Shown here one piece after another: positions 48,051-58,580 of a stretch of 64,000 nucleotides of DNA. Position numbers and translations under genes: made by a program. This DNA comes from an uncultured Bdellovibrionales bacterium (lineage in GTDB: Bacteria; Bdellovibrionota_C; UBA2361; CAYQVO01), in NCBI GenBank assembly GCA_964421085.1, contig CAYQVO010000005.1, forward strand, positions 54,930 to 118,929, written 5' to 3'. Every line of letters starts with the position of its first letter. The first letter of the stretch is position 1. Under the pieces are notes generated by a model, which saw only the letters and a list, made by a program, of their open reading frames with translations, searched no databases and was not told where the DNA came from.

Positions 48051-48974
48051 GTGGACGGTTTGCTCATAATTCTGGTAGTCGTGATTCTGCTTGGAGCAGG
48101 GGGTCTCCTTTTTTACAGCATAATGAAGGGGGAAGCTGTCGATGCCGGAACACTGATGGGCCGTAATAAACCGAAGGGGAATGATGTCAGTTCCATGCGG
48201 CGGCGCATCGGCGATGATGAGACCGGTGATGAACTTACAGCTCTTCGCTCGAAGATGCAGAAGAGCATCAAGCAGCGCACCCGGCTGACCATCGAGGATA
48301 AATTCTTCCAGGCCGGTCTTTTTTATCATAAAGACCGCGAATTCTTCGCCCGTCTGAGAATCGTCGCTCCTGTGGTGTGTGTCGGAGGTGTCGTTCTTAT
48401 TGGTGCGGCGACGGGCCTTGGCTCAGACCTTTTTCTTGTGGCGCTTATTGTCGGCGGCCTCATAGGGTATCAAATTCCGTTCTCGTGGCTTGACAGGAAG
48501 ATTTTGAGAAGAGCTGACGACATTCTCTTCTATCTGCCTCTTGTTATCGAGCAGATGGTAGTAGGCGTGAGCGCTTCTCTCGATATTGCGCCCTGCATAT
48601 CCACGGTGATTGAAATGGCCGATGAACGCGAAAGCCATAATCCTGTAACGGATCTTCTGAAAAGAGCGCATTTTTTCATGAAACAGGGAGTTCCGATGGA
48701 GGAGGCTCTGACGGAAATAGGAAAACTGTCGGGGCACACGGAACTGAAGCACGCCTTCATGTCGCTCGCCCAGGTGGCGAAGCATGGAGGCGAGGTGAGC
48801 AGGCAGCTGCAGGAACTGGCGGACTCCGTGCAGACCCAGCGTGAAACCAAGATCGACGCAAAGATCAAGAAGCTGGAACTCGAAGCAACCGGTCCGGTGG
48901 CATTGGTATTCGCAGGGTTCCTTATTATTATCCTTCTTGAGTTCGGGCTGCAGATATTCAAGGCATTTGAGTAA
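48051..48974 (+). CDS. tadC: Tad pilus inner-membrane platform protein TadC
   Basis: Second GspF-like membrane protein in conserved order. Confidence 0.7.
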   Translation: MDGLLIILVVVILLGAGGLLFYSIMKGEAVDAGTLMGRNKPKGNDVSSMRRRIGDDETGDELTALRSKMQKSIKQRTRLTIEDKFFQAGLFYHKDREFFARLRIVAPVVCVGGVVLIGAATGLGSDLFLVALIVGGLIGYQIPFSWLDRKILRRADDILFYLPLVIEQMVVGVSASLDIAPCISTVIEMADERESHNPVTDLLKRAHFFMKQGVPMEEALTEIGKLSGHTELKHAFMSLAQVAKHGGEVSRQLQELADSVQTQRETKIDAKIKKLELEATGPVALVFAGFLIIILLEFGLQIFKAFE

Positions 48975-48995
48975 AGGAGTAGTCGAATAGCGGCG

Positions 48996-51104
48996 GTGAA
49001 ATTAAATAAAGCTCGAACAAGCGACGTTCTTCTCGCAGTGCTGGTGGTGGCTATCACCACCATGCTTGTGATTCCCGTTCCGACCTGGCTGCTGGATATC
49101 CTTCTGGTCGTAAACCTCTCTTTTTCGCTTCTCCTTCTCCTTGTCGGCCTTTACATGCCGAATGCTCTTGCGCTTCTTGCGTTCCCCTCCCTCCTTCTTA
49201 TCACGACTCTTTTCAGACTGGCGCTTAACGTCGCGTCGGCAAGATTGATCCTGAGTCAGGGGTATGCGGGAGAAGTGATTAATGCCTTTGGTTCCTTCCT
49301 CATCCGCGGCGAGGTTGTCGTTGGCATTATTATCTTCACCATAGTCACCATAGTTAACTACATTGTGATAGCAAAAGGCGCGAGCCGTGTATCCGAGGTG
49401 GCGGCACGTTTCACGCTCGACGCTCTTCCCGGCAAGCAGATGATGATCGATTCCGACCTTCGTGCCGGGGTCATTACATCGGAAGAGGCCAGACTCCGCA
49501 GAGAAGATCTGCAGAGGGAGTCCATGCTTTACGGCTCCATGGACGGCGCCATGAAATTCGTCCAGGGAGACGCGATTGCCGGATTTTTCGTAATCCTGAC
49601 AAATATCCTGGGTGGAATGTATCTCGGCCTGAGGGGCGGTATGAGCTTCTCTGATGCCATCCAGACGTACACTGTTCTTACTGTCGGCGACGGACTCGTC
49701 AGTCAGATCCCGGCACTCCTCATCTCTGTATGCGCGGGACTTGTCGTCACCAGGGTGGCTTCAACTGAGAATTCGACGCTCGGTATGGACCTTACGGCAC
49801 AGCTTCTCGCGCGTCCCGGAGCTGTCTTCATGGCCGGTGTGATTCTGATTCTTTTCGGCAGCCTTCCCGGCCTTCCATTTGTACCGTTCTCTCTCGTGGG
49901 GCTGGCGTTCATTTCAGGAAGCTTCTTTATCCAGAGGAAGCGCGATCGAATTCTTGAAGGCAATTTTGACGATGTGGAAACTCTTTCTGTGATGTCTCCG
50001 CTGCTGATAACGAGTGAAGCGGCGACGCGGGGAGAAGATGTCCGGCATGATACGACACCTGTCCTGATTGCCCTTGATGAGGAAAGCCTCCTGAAATTTT
50101 ACCGGATGGCGCAGGGACGCTACAGGACGTGGTGGAAGCAGCTGCAGAGCGATTTCTTTGTCGAGACAGGGCTGCACCTGCCTGACCCCAGGATAATCGG
50201 TCTTGATGGAACGCCCCTCGCTTCGTTCCAGGTCCATTATCATGGGACTACTATCGCTTCCGGGACCGTTCCTCTCGATGGGACGCTGCTTGAACTCAAC
50301 CCGGCGAATGCGGAAATTCTCGGACTTGAGCTGATGGAAGATGTGGAACATCCATTGTCGAAAGGCAGGGTTTTCTGGACGCAGAATAGCGGCGCAACAC
50401 AGCGGATGGTTCAGGCAGGAGGGATACGAAGCCGGGACTTTTTTGAATACATAGGCATTCTTGTCGCGGTGTTTTTCAAGAGGCATCCGGAAGAACTTCT
50501 GACCCTTTCTGATGTTCACGCGCTGCTGAAGCGGCTTGATAAACAGTACCCCGGCCTGATAGCAGACGCCCTGAGCACGAATTTCCTCAGCATGACGAGA
50601 CTTACGGAAGTGATGCAGGAACTTGTCCGGCAGGGACTGACCACGATTGATTTCCGGGCCATCGTTGAAACTGTCGCCGCCTTCTGTTCTGCCAGAGGAC
50701 TGACCGCGCAGGATGATGCCGACGTGGATGTGCAGGAACTTGTCACATATGTCCGCAGCGCGCGAAAGCGGCAGATCGTATCGCCCTTGATCTCTTCCCG
50801 AAATGCAGTGAGAGCGGTGGTGCTTTCCGATGAAGTCGAGGCGGCGTTCGAGGATGCGCCGCGGAATTCAGCTGGAACAGCACTCGAGCCCGATCTGTTT
50901 GATAAGCTCAGGAACGGATATATGAACGTGATTCGTCCGGTGAGGGAGAAGGGCGTCACATCCGTTTCCATTCTGTGCCGCGCCGATCTTCGCGCAGTGG
51001 TGCAGAAGTTCCTGGATGTCTGTGACGAGTTTCCCCGTATAGTCACTTTTGATGAGCTGCCGCGCAATGTCCGGGTGGAGCAGGCAGGCACCTGGAATCT
51101 CTGA
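48996..51104 (+). CDS. flhA: flagellar type III export gate protein FlhA (FlhA/SctV family)
   Basis: 'AFPSLLLITTLFRLALNVASARLILSQG' and 'ARFTLDALPGKQMMIDSDLRAGVITSEEARLRREDLQRESMLYGSMDGAMKFVQGDAIAG' are near-canonical FlhA motifs. 702 aa. Confidence 0.85.
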   Translation: MKLNKARTSDVLLAVLVVAITTMLVIPVPTWLLDILLVVNLSFSLLLLLVGLYMPNALALLAFPSLLLITTLFRLALNVASARLILSQGYAGEVINAFGSFLIRGEVVVGIIIFTIVTIVNYIVIAKGASRVSEVAARFTLDALPGKQMMIDSDLRAGVITSEEARLRREDLQRESMLYGSMDGAMKFVQGDAIAGFFVILTNILGGMYLGLRGGMSFSDAIQTYTVLTVGDGLVSQIPALLISVCAGLVVTRVASTENSTLGMDLTAQLLARPGAVFMAGVILILFGSLPGLPFVPFSLVGLAFISGSFFIQRKRDRILEGNFDDVETLSVMSPLLITSEAATRGEDVRHDTTPVLIALDEESLLKFYRMAQGRYRTWWKQLQSDFFVETGLHLPDPRIIGLDGTPLASFQVHYHGTTIASGTVPLDGTLLELNPANAEILGLELMEDVEHPLSKGRVFWTQNSGATQRMVQAGGIRSRDFFEYIGILVAVFFKRHPEELLTLSDVHALLKRLDKQYPGLIADALSTNFLSMTRLTEVMQELVRQGLTTIDFRAIVETVAAFCSARGLTAQDDADVDVQELVTYVRSARKRQIVSPLISSRNAVRAVVLSDEVEAAFEDAPRNSAGTALEPDLFDKLRNGYMNVIRPVREKGVTSVSILCRADLRAVVQKFLDVCDEFPRIVTFDELPRNVRVEQAGTWNL

Positions 51105-51105
51105 T

Positions 51106-53541
51106 ATGACGAAAGAACTCACAGTGATAGAAGGCCTTATCCGCGATCACTTTGTGATCGAAGGAAAGCTTTTCTCCACCCCGCTGGCTGACGCATATAA
51201 GGCAGTGGACAGGTATACCCACTCGCCCGTGCTCCTCTGGATTATGAAGTTCCAGTTCGACTTTCGAAGTGAAGAAGCCCGTTGTTTCGAGGAGCGTCTT
51301 CAGCGCATGCAGTCGATCTCGTCTCATGTGGTGTCTCTGCTTTCATACGGGGTGGACAGTTCAGGAACAGGTTTCGTCGCGCTGCCGTCGCTTCACGGAT
51401 TTCCGCTGATCTCGGAGTCGCTGGACAAAATCGAGGCTGAGAGACGCTTTGCCTCATGTGTGGAAATCGTAGAGCGGCTGCATGCCGGTGGAGTTGTCTG
51501 CGGGGATCTCTCTCCCCAGTCTTTTTTTGTCGGCAGAAACGGGCAGCTGTCGTTCGTAAATGTGATTGGCATGCAGCAGGGCTGGTTTCAGAAGATGGAT
51601 GACTCCGGAGGAATCGATCCTCGCAGGTTTGTCGCACCTGAGGTGCAGGAAGGCGCAGAGCCCGGCGGTGCGTCCGATGTTTTTTCCCTCGGTGTTCTGG
51701 GTTATGTGCTTCTGGCAGACGACTTTCCGATTGATGAGGAGAGCGAAATGCGGGGCATCCATGCCGTGCGCCCGCTCCAGCGCCTGATGGAAGATCCGCC
51801 ATCATGGGGAGATAAAGTCCTGCTCAAATGCCTGGAGTATGATGAATCACTGCGGTTCCGGACGGCCGGAGAGATGCGTGAAGCGATTCTCGAGGCAAAG
51901 CGGCAATCGTACATTTCGTCCATTACGCCTGTTCAGTACGGCACGGAGGTCCCGGACGGGGCGGCATCAGAGAGAGAAGGTCAGGATACCATGCTTATGA
52001 CAGGGCCTCTCGTAAGGCATTTGAATGACGTGGAGGAAGAGAAACTTCCGGAAGAGACCCGGGCGGAGCAGATGAGAAGAGCAGCGCTGCTGGGAGGACT
52101 TGGAGGGCTCACTTTCGTCCTTCTCGGAATCGTCGTCTGGCTCTTTATGAAATCTCCGGTTGAGACTGGAGTTTCAACGGTCGAAGTTCCGGCTTCCACA
52201 TCTCAGAGAAATGTCCACCAGGCGATTGCAATTATAGGAGGCAGTGAGAATGCAGCAACTGCCGAAACTGCCACGATGCGCAGGTATTTCGATGACCTTG
52301 CTGATTCCGCCGATCCTCTTGCGCAGGATGTCCTCGTCAAAGCGGCCGTGAATCCCCAGTCAAATGAAGCGCGGCTTTTTGCGGAAAGGGCGATATTGAA
52401 GCGTGCCGATCGCATCGGCTTCAAACATTCCTCTTTGCTCCTTCAGAAGTGGCTCGATACTCTTCCCACCGGGGTTCCGCCTCGAAACTACGAGCTTATG
52501 CTGAGATCGATAGACCCAACGCTGCCTCCTGACGCGAGAACCTCACTGTTGAGGCAGCTCATCGAGATAGATCCCAACCAGGCTCTGACATTGGCAGCTG
52601 CGGCAGCTCTCGATAATGAAGATCCTGACTCACTGCGGGAAATGTTCGCCGGCCTTGTAAAGCTGGTGCGTCAGACCGAGATTGATCCCTCCCAGTCCAT
52701 CTTCGCACTCATGCTGGCAGTTCCGGCCACTTCGGCCTTGTTCGGCCCCGAGGTTATGGGACGTCTGGAATATCTTGACAATTCATCCCTGCTGTCCATA
52801 TTTGGCGCGCTGGTCCAGGAAAAGGACAGCCGGGCAAAAGCTGTCATTGATGAAATCAACAAAAGGCAGATGGTGACTCCTGTGCGCGGATTTTTCCTGT
52901 CATCCATAAAATTCGATGGCAGCATGAATCCGGCCACCATGCAGGCGCTGGTTCATGCCGCCACCGGCCGGGCTGCCGAACAGGACGTGAGAGGTCTCGG
53001 AATGTGGATAGAACCAGAGAGCGAGAGAGTGCTCCTTGCACTGTGCGCTGAATCCGCCAATCCCGCGATCCGTCTTTCTGTGTTCGATATCCTTGTCGGG
53101 CGGCCGCTGGCTGTCCAGCCGGCCGCAGCTCTCATCAAATGGGTGCGCGAGCACAAGTGGGAAAGCAGGGGTAATTATGTCCGGTTCATTGGTGTGATCG
53201 GCACCCTCGATCTGTTTCCACCTGATGCTCTGCAGGATGTATTCGCCACAATTGATGCCAACGCATCCGATGCAGGGTTCATGTACGCCGTGATGGAATC
53301 GGCTCCGCCGGTAATCGTGAATTACATCCTTGAAAAACACAGGAACCGGATACCGACAAGCCGGGCGTTCGACCTGCTCACAGATAACGAAACTTCGGTA
53401 AAGATGGCAGCAATGAAGATTCTCGAAGGTTTAAATGACGCACCCGCGATGAGGCTCATTATTGAGCAGTATGAAAAAGAGAAAGATCCCGTGGTAAGAC
53501 AGGCTTACAAGGACACTTTCTGGTACCTGAAGCAGCGGTGA
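51106..53541 (+). CDS. membrane protein with an N-terminal protein-kinase-like (probable pseudokinase) domain, one TM helix and C-terminal HEAT/PBS-lyase-like repeats
   Basis: 'VVCGDLSPQSFFV' replaces HRDLKPEN, and there is no clear Gly-loop or DFG. TM 'LLGGLGGLTFVLLGIVVWLFM'. C-terminal 'DNETSVKMAAMKILEGLNDAPAMRLIIEQYEKEKDPVVRQAYKDTF' is HEAT-like. The ATG lies 1 nt after the flhA stop. Confidence 0.5.
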   Translation: MTKELTVIEGLIRDHFVIEGKLFSTPLADAYKAVDRYTHSPVLLWIMKFQFDFRSEEARCFEERLQRMQSISSHVVSLLSYGVDSSGTGFVALPSLHGFPLISESLDKIEAERRFASCVEIVERLHAGGVVCGDLSPQSFFVGRNGQLSFVNVIGMQQGWFQKMDDSGGIDPRRFVAPEVQEGAEPGGASDVFSLGVLGYVLLADDFPIDEESEMRGIHAVRPLQRLMEDPPSWGDKVLLKCLEYDESLRFRTAGEMREAILEAKRQSYISSITPVQYGTEVPDGAASEREGQDTMLMTGPLVRHLNDVEEEKLPEETRAEQMRRAALLGGLGGLTFVLLGIVVWLFMKSPVETGVSTVEVPASTSQRNVHQAIAIIGGSENAATAETATMRRYFDDLADSADPLAQDVLVKAAVNPQSNEARLFAERAILKRADRIGFKHSSLLLQKWLDTLPTGVPPRNYELMLRSIDPTLPPDARTSLLRQLIEIDPNQALTLAAAAALDNEDPDSLREMFAGLVKLVRQTEIDPSQSIFALMLAVPATSALFGPEVMGRLEYLDNSSLLSIFGALVQEKDSRAKAVIDEINKRQMVTPVRGFFLSSIKFDGSMNPATMQALVHAATGRAAEQDVRGLGMWIEPESERVLLALCAESANPAIRLSVFDILVGRPLAVQPAAALIKWVREHKWESRGNYVRFIGVIGTLDLFPPDALQDVFATIDANASDAGFMYAVMESAPPVIVNYILEKHRNRIPTSRAFDLLTDNETSVKMAAMKILEGLNDAPAMRLIIEQYEKEKDPVVRQAYKDTFWYLKQR

Positions 53542-53554
53542 GCCGGTTCGCGCA

Positions 53555-54076
53555 ATGAAAGACAAGAAAAGAATTCTTTTTTTCCCCATTGTTGTGCTTA
53601 TATTCCTTGCCGCTTCATGCAGTTCGCACGTTCCGCAGCAGGTCATGACGGGGAAGTCCGTTCCGTACACAAGGCTGACAATGCTCGATGGAACCCCGCG
53701 AATTATGGACGAGTACAAAGGGAGGACTGTCGCATTAATGTTCTGGGCGACATGGTGCCCGAGATCGAGATGGGCCATAGAGAGGTTGAACAAATTTGCC
53801 GCATCACGCCGCAACCCTGCCGCTGTTTACGTGGCCGTAAGCATCGATAAACCTGAAGATGAACGGGTACTGAAAGAGCGGATTAGAGATCTCAGGCTTT
53901 CATCCATCAGTCATGCCTTTTCGGGCAATGAAACTTATGATGAAGCGTTTCTGATGTTGAGTGGTAATCAAGTCCCGTACTTCGCCGTAATAGATCCCCG
54001 GGGAGCCGTTGTTTACCAGGGGGATGATGAGGACAAAGTTTTTGAGCTGATGAGCAGGCCGAGGAGACGGCGATAG
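53555..54076 (+). CDS. TlpA-like thioredoxin-fold lipoprotein with a monothiol CxxS motif
   Basis: Lipobox 'FLAASCSS'. 'ALMFWATWCPRSRWAIERL' has CPRS in place of CxxC. 'VPYFAVIDPRGAVVY' is a redoxin C-motif. Confidence 0.55.
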   Translation: MKDKKRILFFPIVVLIFLAASCSSHVPQQVMTGKSVPYTRLTMLDGTPRIMDEYKGRTVALMFWATWCPRSRWAIERLNKFAASRRNPAAVYVAVSIDKPEDERVLKERIRDLRLSSISHAFSGNETYDEAFLMLSGNQVPYFAVIDPRGAVVYQGDDEDKVFELMSRPRRRR

Positions 54077-54115
54077 AAAGCCGAAACTTCAACCCCGGCA
54101 GGCTTTGAGGAGGTT

Positions 54116-54197
<82 letters not shown>

Positions 54198-54321
54198 TGA
54201 TGAAGGAAGTATAATATTCAGAGGCGGGGATTAACAGCTTTCACCGTTCGGAGTGTGCATTTATCGCCCTTTTATGCTACCTTCCCCGGATTACTCATTA
54301 AGGGGAAGGCAAAAGGAACCC

Positions 54322-55605
54322 ATGGAATACAACTCTTCTGTAGAACACGAAAGCGAAACAAAAAAACAGGTATCTGTCACTATTCCGGCAGGAGCCTGGG
54401 GGTCTGAGGTTGAGTCTGCTTTGACCCGGCTCGGACAGAGGGCATCAATAAAAGGCTTTCGCCCGGGCAAGGCGCCTCGCTCCATGATTGAGAAGATGTT
54501 CGGTGAACAGGCCCGGATTGAAACGATCAACAGACTGGTTGGAGAATCTCTGCGGGAGATTCTGAGGGAAAATTCCTTTTCACCGCTTGGCGACCCGAAC
54601 ATCGAGATCGAGAGCTTGGAGCCTGGAAAGGATCTCTCCTACAAGGCAAGGTTCAGCATCTTTCCGAAGCCGGAAGTCTCGGACTACGACACCTTCGCCG
54701 TCACCATAAAAAAGCGTGAACCGTCGAATGACGATGTCGAGGAGGTGATCAAATCAGTCCTTCGCAGCAAAGCCTCTCTTGCGCCCGTAACAGACCGTGA
54801 AGCGGCGGCAGAGGGGGATGTCGTTGAAGGCGAGCTCATGGGAAGAGTCGCTGGGCAGGAGGCTTCCGGACGTCCTGAGCCTTTTTACGTCAGGCTCGGA
54901 GATCACAGAGTTCCCGTGGATGTCGAGAACGGAATCACCGGCATGAAGATCGGCGAGACGAAAGAAATTGAGACGATAATTTCCCAGGACCACCCCGATG
55001 AGAATGTGAGGGGGAAACAGGCCTTTTATACCGTTACGGTGAAGGGTATTTCACAGGAGATCCTCCCCGAAATCAGTGACGACTTCGTCAAGTCGCTCGA
55101 TGGCCCTGAACAGACAGTTCTTGAACTTCGGATGGCAATAAGGCAGAGGCTCGAAAAGGACGCGGAGGAGATGGGCAGGGAGCAGGTGAAGAGCAAAATC
55201 ATCGAGCACCTTGTGGCCGGCAACGAATTTGAACTTCCTCAGGAGCTTGTCGACGACGAACTGAGAAATCTCCTTGCGCAGCGCGGTCTCGTCAAGGCGC
55301 AGGAAGCCGGAACACTGGACCTCACACCATTCCGCGAACGGTTTGAAGCAGAGGCTGTCCGCCGGGTGAAGGCGGCAATTCTGATAGACAGGATTGCGGA
55401 AAAGGAATCCCTCCATGCAAAGAGTGAAGATATCGACCAGCATATGAAAGACACAGCCGCGGCCTATGGCGTAAGTCTGGACGAAGTGCGAAAGTTTTAT
55501 TCGAAGGAAGAGGGGCGCCTTGTGGGCGTGTTCATTGAGATGACTCGCCGCAACGTGTTGAATTTTCTCTCTGAACGGGCGACGGTTACAGAGGAGGCCG
55601 CCTGA
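54322..55605 (+). CDS. tig: trigger factor
   Basis: N-terminal ribosome-binding 'GFRPGKAP' motif, a PPIase-like middle and a C-terminal arm. Conserved tig-clpP-clpX-lon order. Confidence 0.85.
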   Translation: MEYNSSVEHESETKKQVSVTIPAGAWGSEVESALTRLGQRASIKGFRPGKAPRSMIEKMFGEQARIETINRLVGESLREILRENSFSPLGDPNIEIESLEPGKDLSYKARFSIFPKPEVSDYDTFAVTIKKREPSNDDVEEVIKSVLRSKASLAPVTDREAAAEGDVVEGELMGRVAGQEASGRPEPFYVRLGDHRVPVDVENGITGMKIGETKEIETIISQDHPDENVRGKQAFYTVTVKGISQEILPEISDDFVKSLDGPEQTVLELRMAIRQRLEKDAEEMGREQVKSKIIEHLVAGNEFELPQELVDDELRNLLAQRGLVKAQEAGTLDLTPFRERFEAEAVRRVKAAILIDRIAEKESLHAKSEDIDQHMKDTAAAYGVSLDEVRKFYSKEEGRLVGVFIEMTRRNVLNFLSERATVTEEAA

Positions 55606-55791
55606 GTTTAAAAGGCGGCTGAGAACCTGCGGAAAGAGCTCGCGGTTTGCAGCCCGGAGCTCGCCCGCCGGTGAAAGGTGGGTCGGTGCAGTAAGGGGGT
55701 GAGAACCAGGCTTTTCAGCTTCGCCGTTGTGTTCTAATCTGATCCTCGTCTAATCGGCGGCGCGGCCGCGAAATCAAACGGACATAGTAAC

Positions 55792-56385
55792 GTGACCTAT
55801 ATTCCATATGTAATTGAGCAGACAGGACGAGGAGAAAGATCCTACGATATCTATTCCCGCCTGTTGAAAGAACGAATCGTTTTCCTCGGAACCGAGGTCG
55901 ATGACCTTGTCGCGAATCTCATCGTCGCCCAGCTCCTGTTTCTGGACAGCGAGGATCACGACAAGGACATATTTCTGTATATAAACAGCCCGGGCGGATC
56001 AATCAGCGCCGGCCTGGCTATTTACGATACAATGAACCATGTAAAAGCAGATGTTGCCACTGTATGTGTGGGACAGGCGGCCAGTATGGGAGCTATCCTG
56101 CTTGCAGGCGGGACGAAAGGAAAGCGTTCAGCATTGCCGCATTCGAGGATAATGATTCATCAGCCGCTTGGCGGCTTCAAAGGGCAGGCATCAGATGTTG
56201 AGATTCAGGCCAGGGAGATGCTTCGCGTCAAGCAGGAGGTCAACAGGATACTCGGCAGCCACACCGGGAAAGATATCAAGCAGATAGAGGCGGACTCGGA
56301 TCGGGACTTCTTCATGACTGCAGCGGAAGCGAAGGAATATGGTATAATTGACGAGGTTCACGAGGCCGGTACGAAGCGTGATTAA
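55792..56385 (+). CDS. clpP: ATP-dependent Clp protease proteolytic subunit
   Basis: '[14 protein letters not shown]' (active-site Ser) and 'RIMIHQP' (His). Confidence 0.9.
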   Translation: MTYIPYVIEQTGRGERSYDIYSRLLKERIVFLGTEVDDLVANLIVAQLLFLDSEDHDKDIFLYINSPGGSISAGLAIYDTMNHVKADVATVCVGQAASMGAILLAGGTKGKRSALPHSRIMIHQPLGGFKGQASDVEIQAREMLRVKQEVNRILGSHTGKDIKQIEADSDRDFFMTAAEAKEYGIIDEVHEAGTKRD

Positions 56386-56434
56386 TATTGTCGCATGCCG
56401 TATACTTTTTTAAACGGCCGGACACGTTAACAAC

Positions 56435-57742
56435 TTGGGAGTAAGAACATTGGCAAGAGATTCGGACAGAACAAGACATACATTGGTTTGTTCCTTCTGT
56501 AACAGAAGCCAGGAAGAAGTCCGCAAACTTATTGCGGGCCCTAATGTTTACATCTGCGACGAATGCATTGATCTCTGTAATGATATTATTGCCGAGGAAG
56601 TCGAGCATGACGATACCGCCGGCGGGAAATCCTCGCATATCCCGAAACCGAAAGAGATTAAGGAGTTCCTTGACCAGTACGTCATAGGGCAGGAGTACGC
56701 TAAACGCGTCCTCTCTGTTGCCGTTCACAATCATTACAAACGCATCGAATGTAAACAGAGTAACGATGTCGAAATTCAGAAGACCAATATCATGCTCATT
56801 GGTCCTACCGGAGTTGGTAAGACTCTTCTGGCGCAGACGCTCGCAAGAATCCTTCAGGTCCCCTTTACAATAACGGACGCGACAAGTCTCACAGAGGCCG
56901 GCTACGTTGGAGAAGATGTCGAAAACATCATCCTTAATCTCCTTCAGGCTGCAGACTATGACGTCGAGAAGGCTCAGCGCGGGATTGTTTACATAGATGA
57001 AATCGACAAGGTTTCCCGCAAATCCGAGAACCCTTCAATCACAAGAGATGTTTCAGGCGAAGGAGTTCAGCAGGCGCTCCTGAAGATGCTTGAAGGAACT
57101 ATTGCCAGCGTCCCCCCGAAAGGAGGGCGCAAGCATCCTCAGCAGGAATTCCTTCAGGTCGACACAGGGAACATTCTTTTCATATGCGGTGGAGCATTTG
57201 TCGGACTCGACGATTTAATTCGACAGCGTGTCGGCGAGAAGAAGCTCGGGTTCGGCGCAGCAAAGTCGAAGGACGGCAGGAAGGTGAACATCCGCGAACG
57301 TGACAAGAGCGGCAAGCTGACAGAAAGGGATCACCTTCTGCTCCAGGTTCAGCCGGAAGATCTTCTCAAGTTCGGACTGATCCCGGAGTTCATCGGCAGG
57401 CTTCCGCTTGTAGCTACTCTGACTGAACTGGACGACGACGCCCTTATTCAGATTCTCGTCGAACCGAAGAACGCGCTGATCAAACAGTACAAGAAGCTCT
57501 TCGAAATGGAGAACGTGCAGCTCAGGATTACGGAAGGTGGACTTCAGGCAATCGCGCGAAAGGCGATTGAGCGGAAGTCGGGTGCGCGCGGGCTCCGCGC
57601 AATAATGGAAGGATTAATGCTGGACATGATGTTCGAGATTCCCTCCGAGCCGGACATCAAAGAGGTCGTGATTTCCGAAGACACAATAACAAAGGACGAA
57701 AAGCCTCTTATTGTGTACCAGCATCAGGCTGAATCCGCGTGA
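56435..57742 (+). CDS. clpX: ATP-dependent Clp protease ATP-binding subunit ClpX
   Basis: Zinc-binding 'CSFCNRSQ...CDEC', Walker A 'GPTGVGKT' and Walker B 'IVYIDEIDK'. Confidence 0.9.
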   Translation: MGVRTLARDSDRTRHTLVCSFCNRSQEEVRKLIAGPNVYICDECIDLCNDIIAEEVEHDDTAGGKSSHIPKPKEIKEFLDQYVIGQEYAKRVLSVAVHNHYKRIECKQSNDVEIQKTNIMLIGPTGVGKTLLAQTLARILQVPFTITDATSLTEAGYVGEDVENIILNLLQAADYDVEKAQRGIVYIDEIDKVSRKSENPSITRDVSGEGVQQALLKMLEGTIASVPPKGGRKHPQQEFLQVDTGNILFICGGAFVGLDDLIRQRVGEKKLGFGAAKSKDGRKVNIRERDKSGKLTERDHLLLQVQPEDLLKFGLIPEFIGRLPLVATLTELDDDALIQILVEPKNALIKQYKKLFEMENVQLRITEGGLQAIARKAIERKSGARGLRAIMEGLMLDMMFEIPSEPDIKEVVISEDTITKDEKPLIVYQHQAESA

Positions 57743-57743
57743 C

Positions 57744-58358
57744 ATGGAAAGGAACAGGCTTGATATCCTCAGGCCTGTAATAGAATCCCGTCTTGCTGAT
57801 TTTTCATCAGTACGGCGGGAAAAATGGGCGCGGGAAGTTCTTTTCTGTCTTCTCACGCCTCAGACAAATCCATTTTATGCTGAATCCTGCCTGTGTGAAC
57901 TCGAAGCGCGGGGCCTCTTTGAAGGAGTTCTTACTCTGCGTGACATTGAGAAAGGGCTGGCAGACAGGAATCGCTACGTGCGGTTTCACAGAGAAAAGGC
58001 GAAGCGCATAAAAGCCTTTCTCGCCGGAATCGAAGAGGTTGAGGCAGTCTTGTATGCGGGAATGTCCCCTGCCGAAGAACGGGACCGGCTGATTCGTCTT
58101 GTTAATGGACTTGGGATGAAAGAGGCTTCCCACGCGCTTCGAAATATCGGCCGGAGGAGTCTTGCAATTCTGGATCGTCATATCCTTCGCAATCTTGTCC
58201 GTCTCAAGGTCATACCGCGCGTTCCGTCATCCATGACCGGGAAGGTTTACAAAGAAATAGAGCGCAAATTCGCGGCATATGCCGCCGGAGAGGGGGAGTC
58301 GATGGATGTCCTCGATCTCTTTTTCTGGGCAGGAGAAACAGGGCTTCTCTTCAAATGA
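57744..58358 (+). CDS. N-glycosylase/DNA lyase-like (Ogg2/AGOG-type 8-oxoguanine glycosylase family), tentative
   Basis: 205 aa. 'GMKEASHALRNIG...LAILDRHILRNL' resembles the HhH region of archaeal-type Ogg. Start 2 nt after the clpX stop. Confidence 0.45.
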   Translation: MERNRLDILRPVIESRLADFSSVRREKWAREVLFCLLTPQTNPFYAESCLCELEARGLFEGVLTLRDIEKGLADRNRYVRFHREKAKRIKAFLAGIEEVEAVLYAGMSPAEERDRLIRLVNGLGMKEASHALRNIGRRSLAILDRHILRNLVRLKVIPRVPSSMTGKVYKEIERKFAAYAAGEGESMDVLDLFFWAGETGLLFK

Positions 58359-58580
58359 TTTAAGTCCCGTGGCGCCCTTTTCTTTTATTGCCCGAGTCAT
58401 TATCCTTATAGGAATGGAAGGCCCGGTCCTGTCGACCCTAAAATACTGTGGTCGTTCAGAAATTTAGTGGAGAAAGTTCTCTCCAGGCCCGCATCTTAAT
58501 TTGGCAGGGTACTTTCGAGAGCGCGAAGTCACGGAGCCTGCACGGGAACTCTTTTTTAGTTACCAAACAACTGGAGTCGT

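Noticed and set aside
58359-58580. TGGCAG-N5-TTTCG as a sigma-54 promoter for lon
   Set aside because: The -12 element lacks the GC dinucleotide at the correct spacing.
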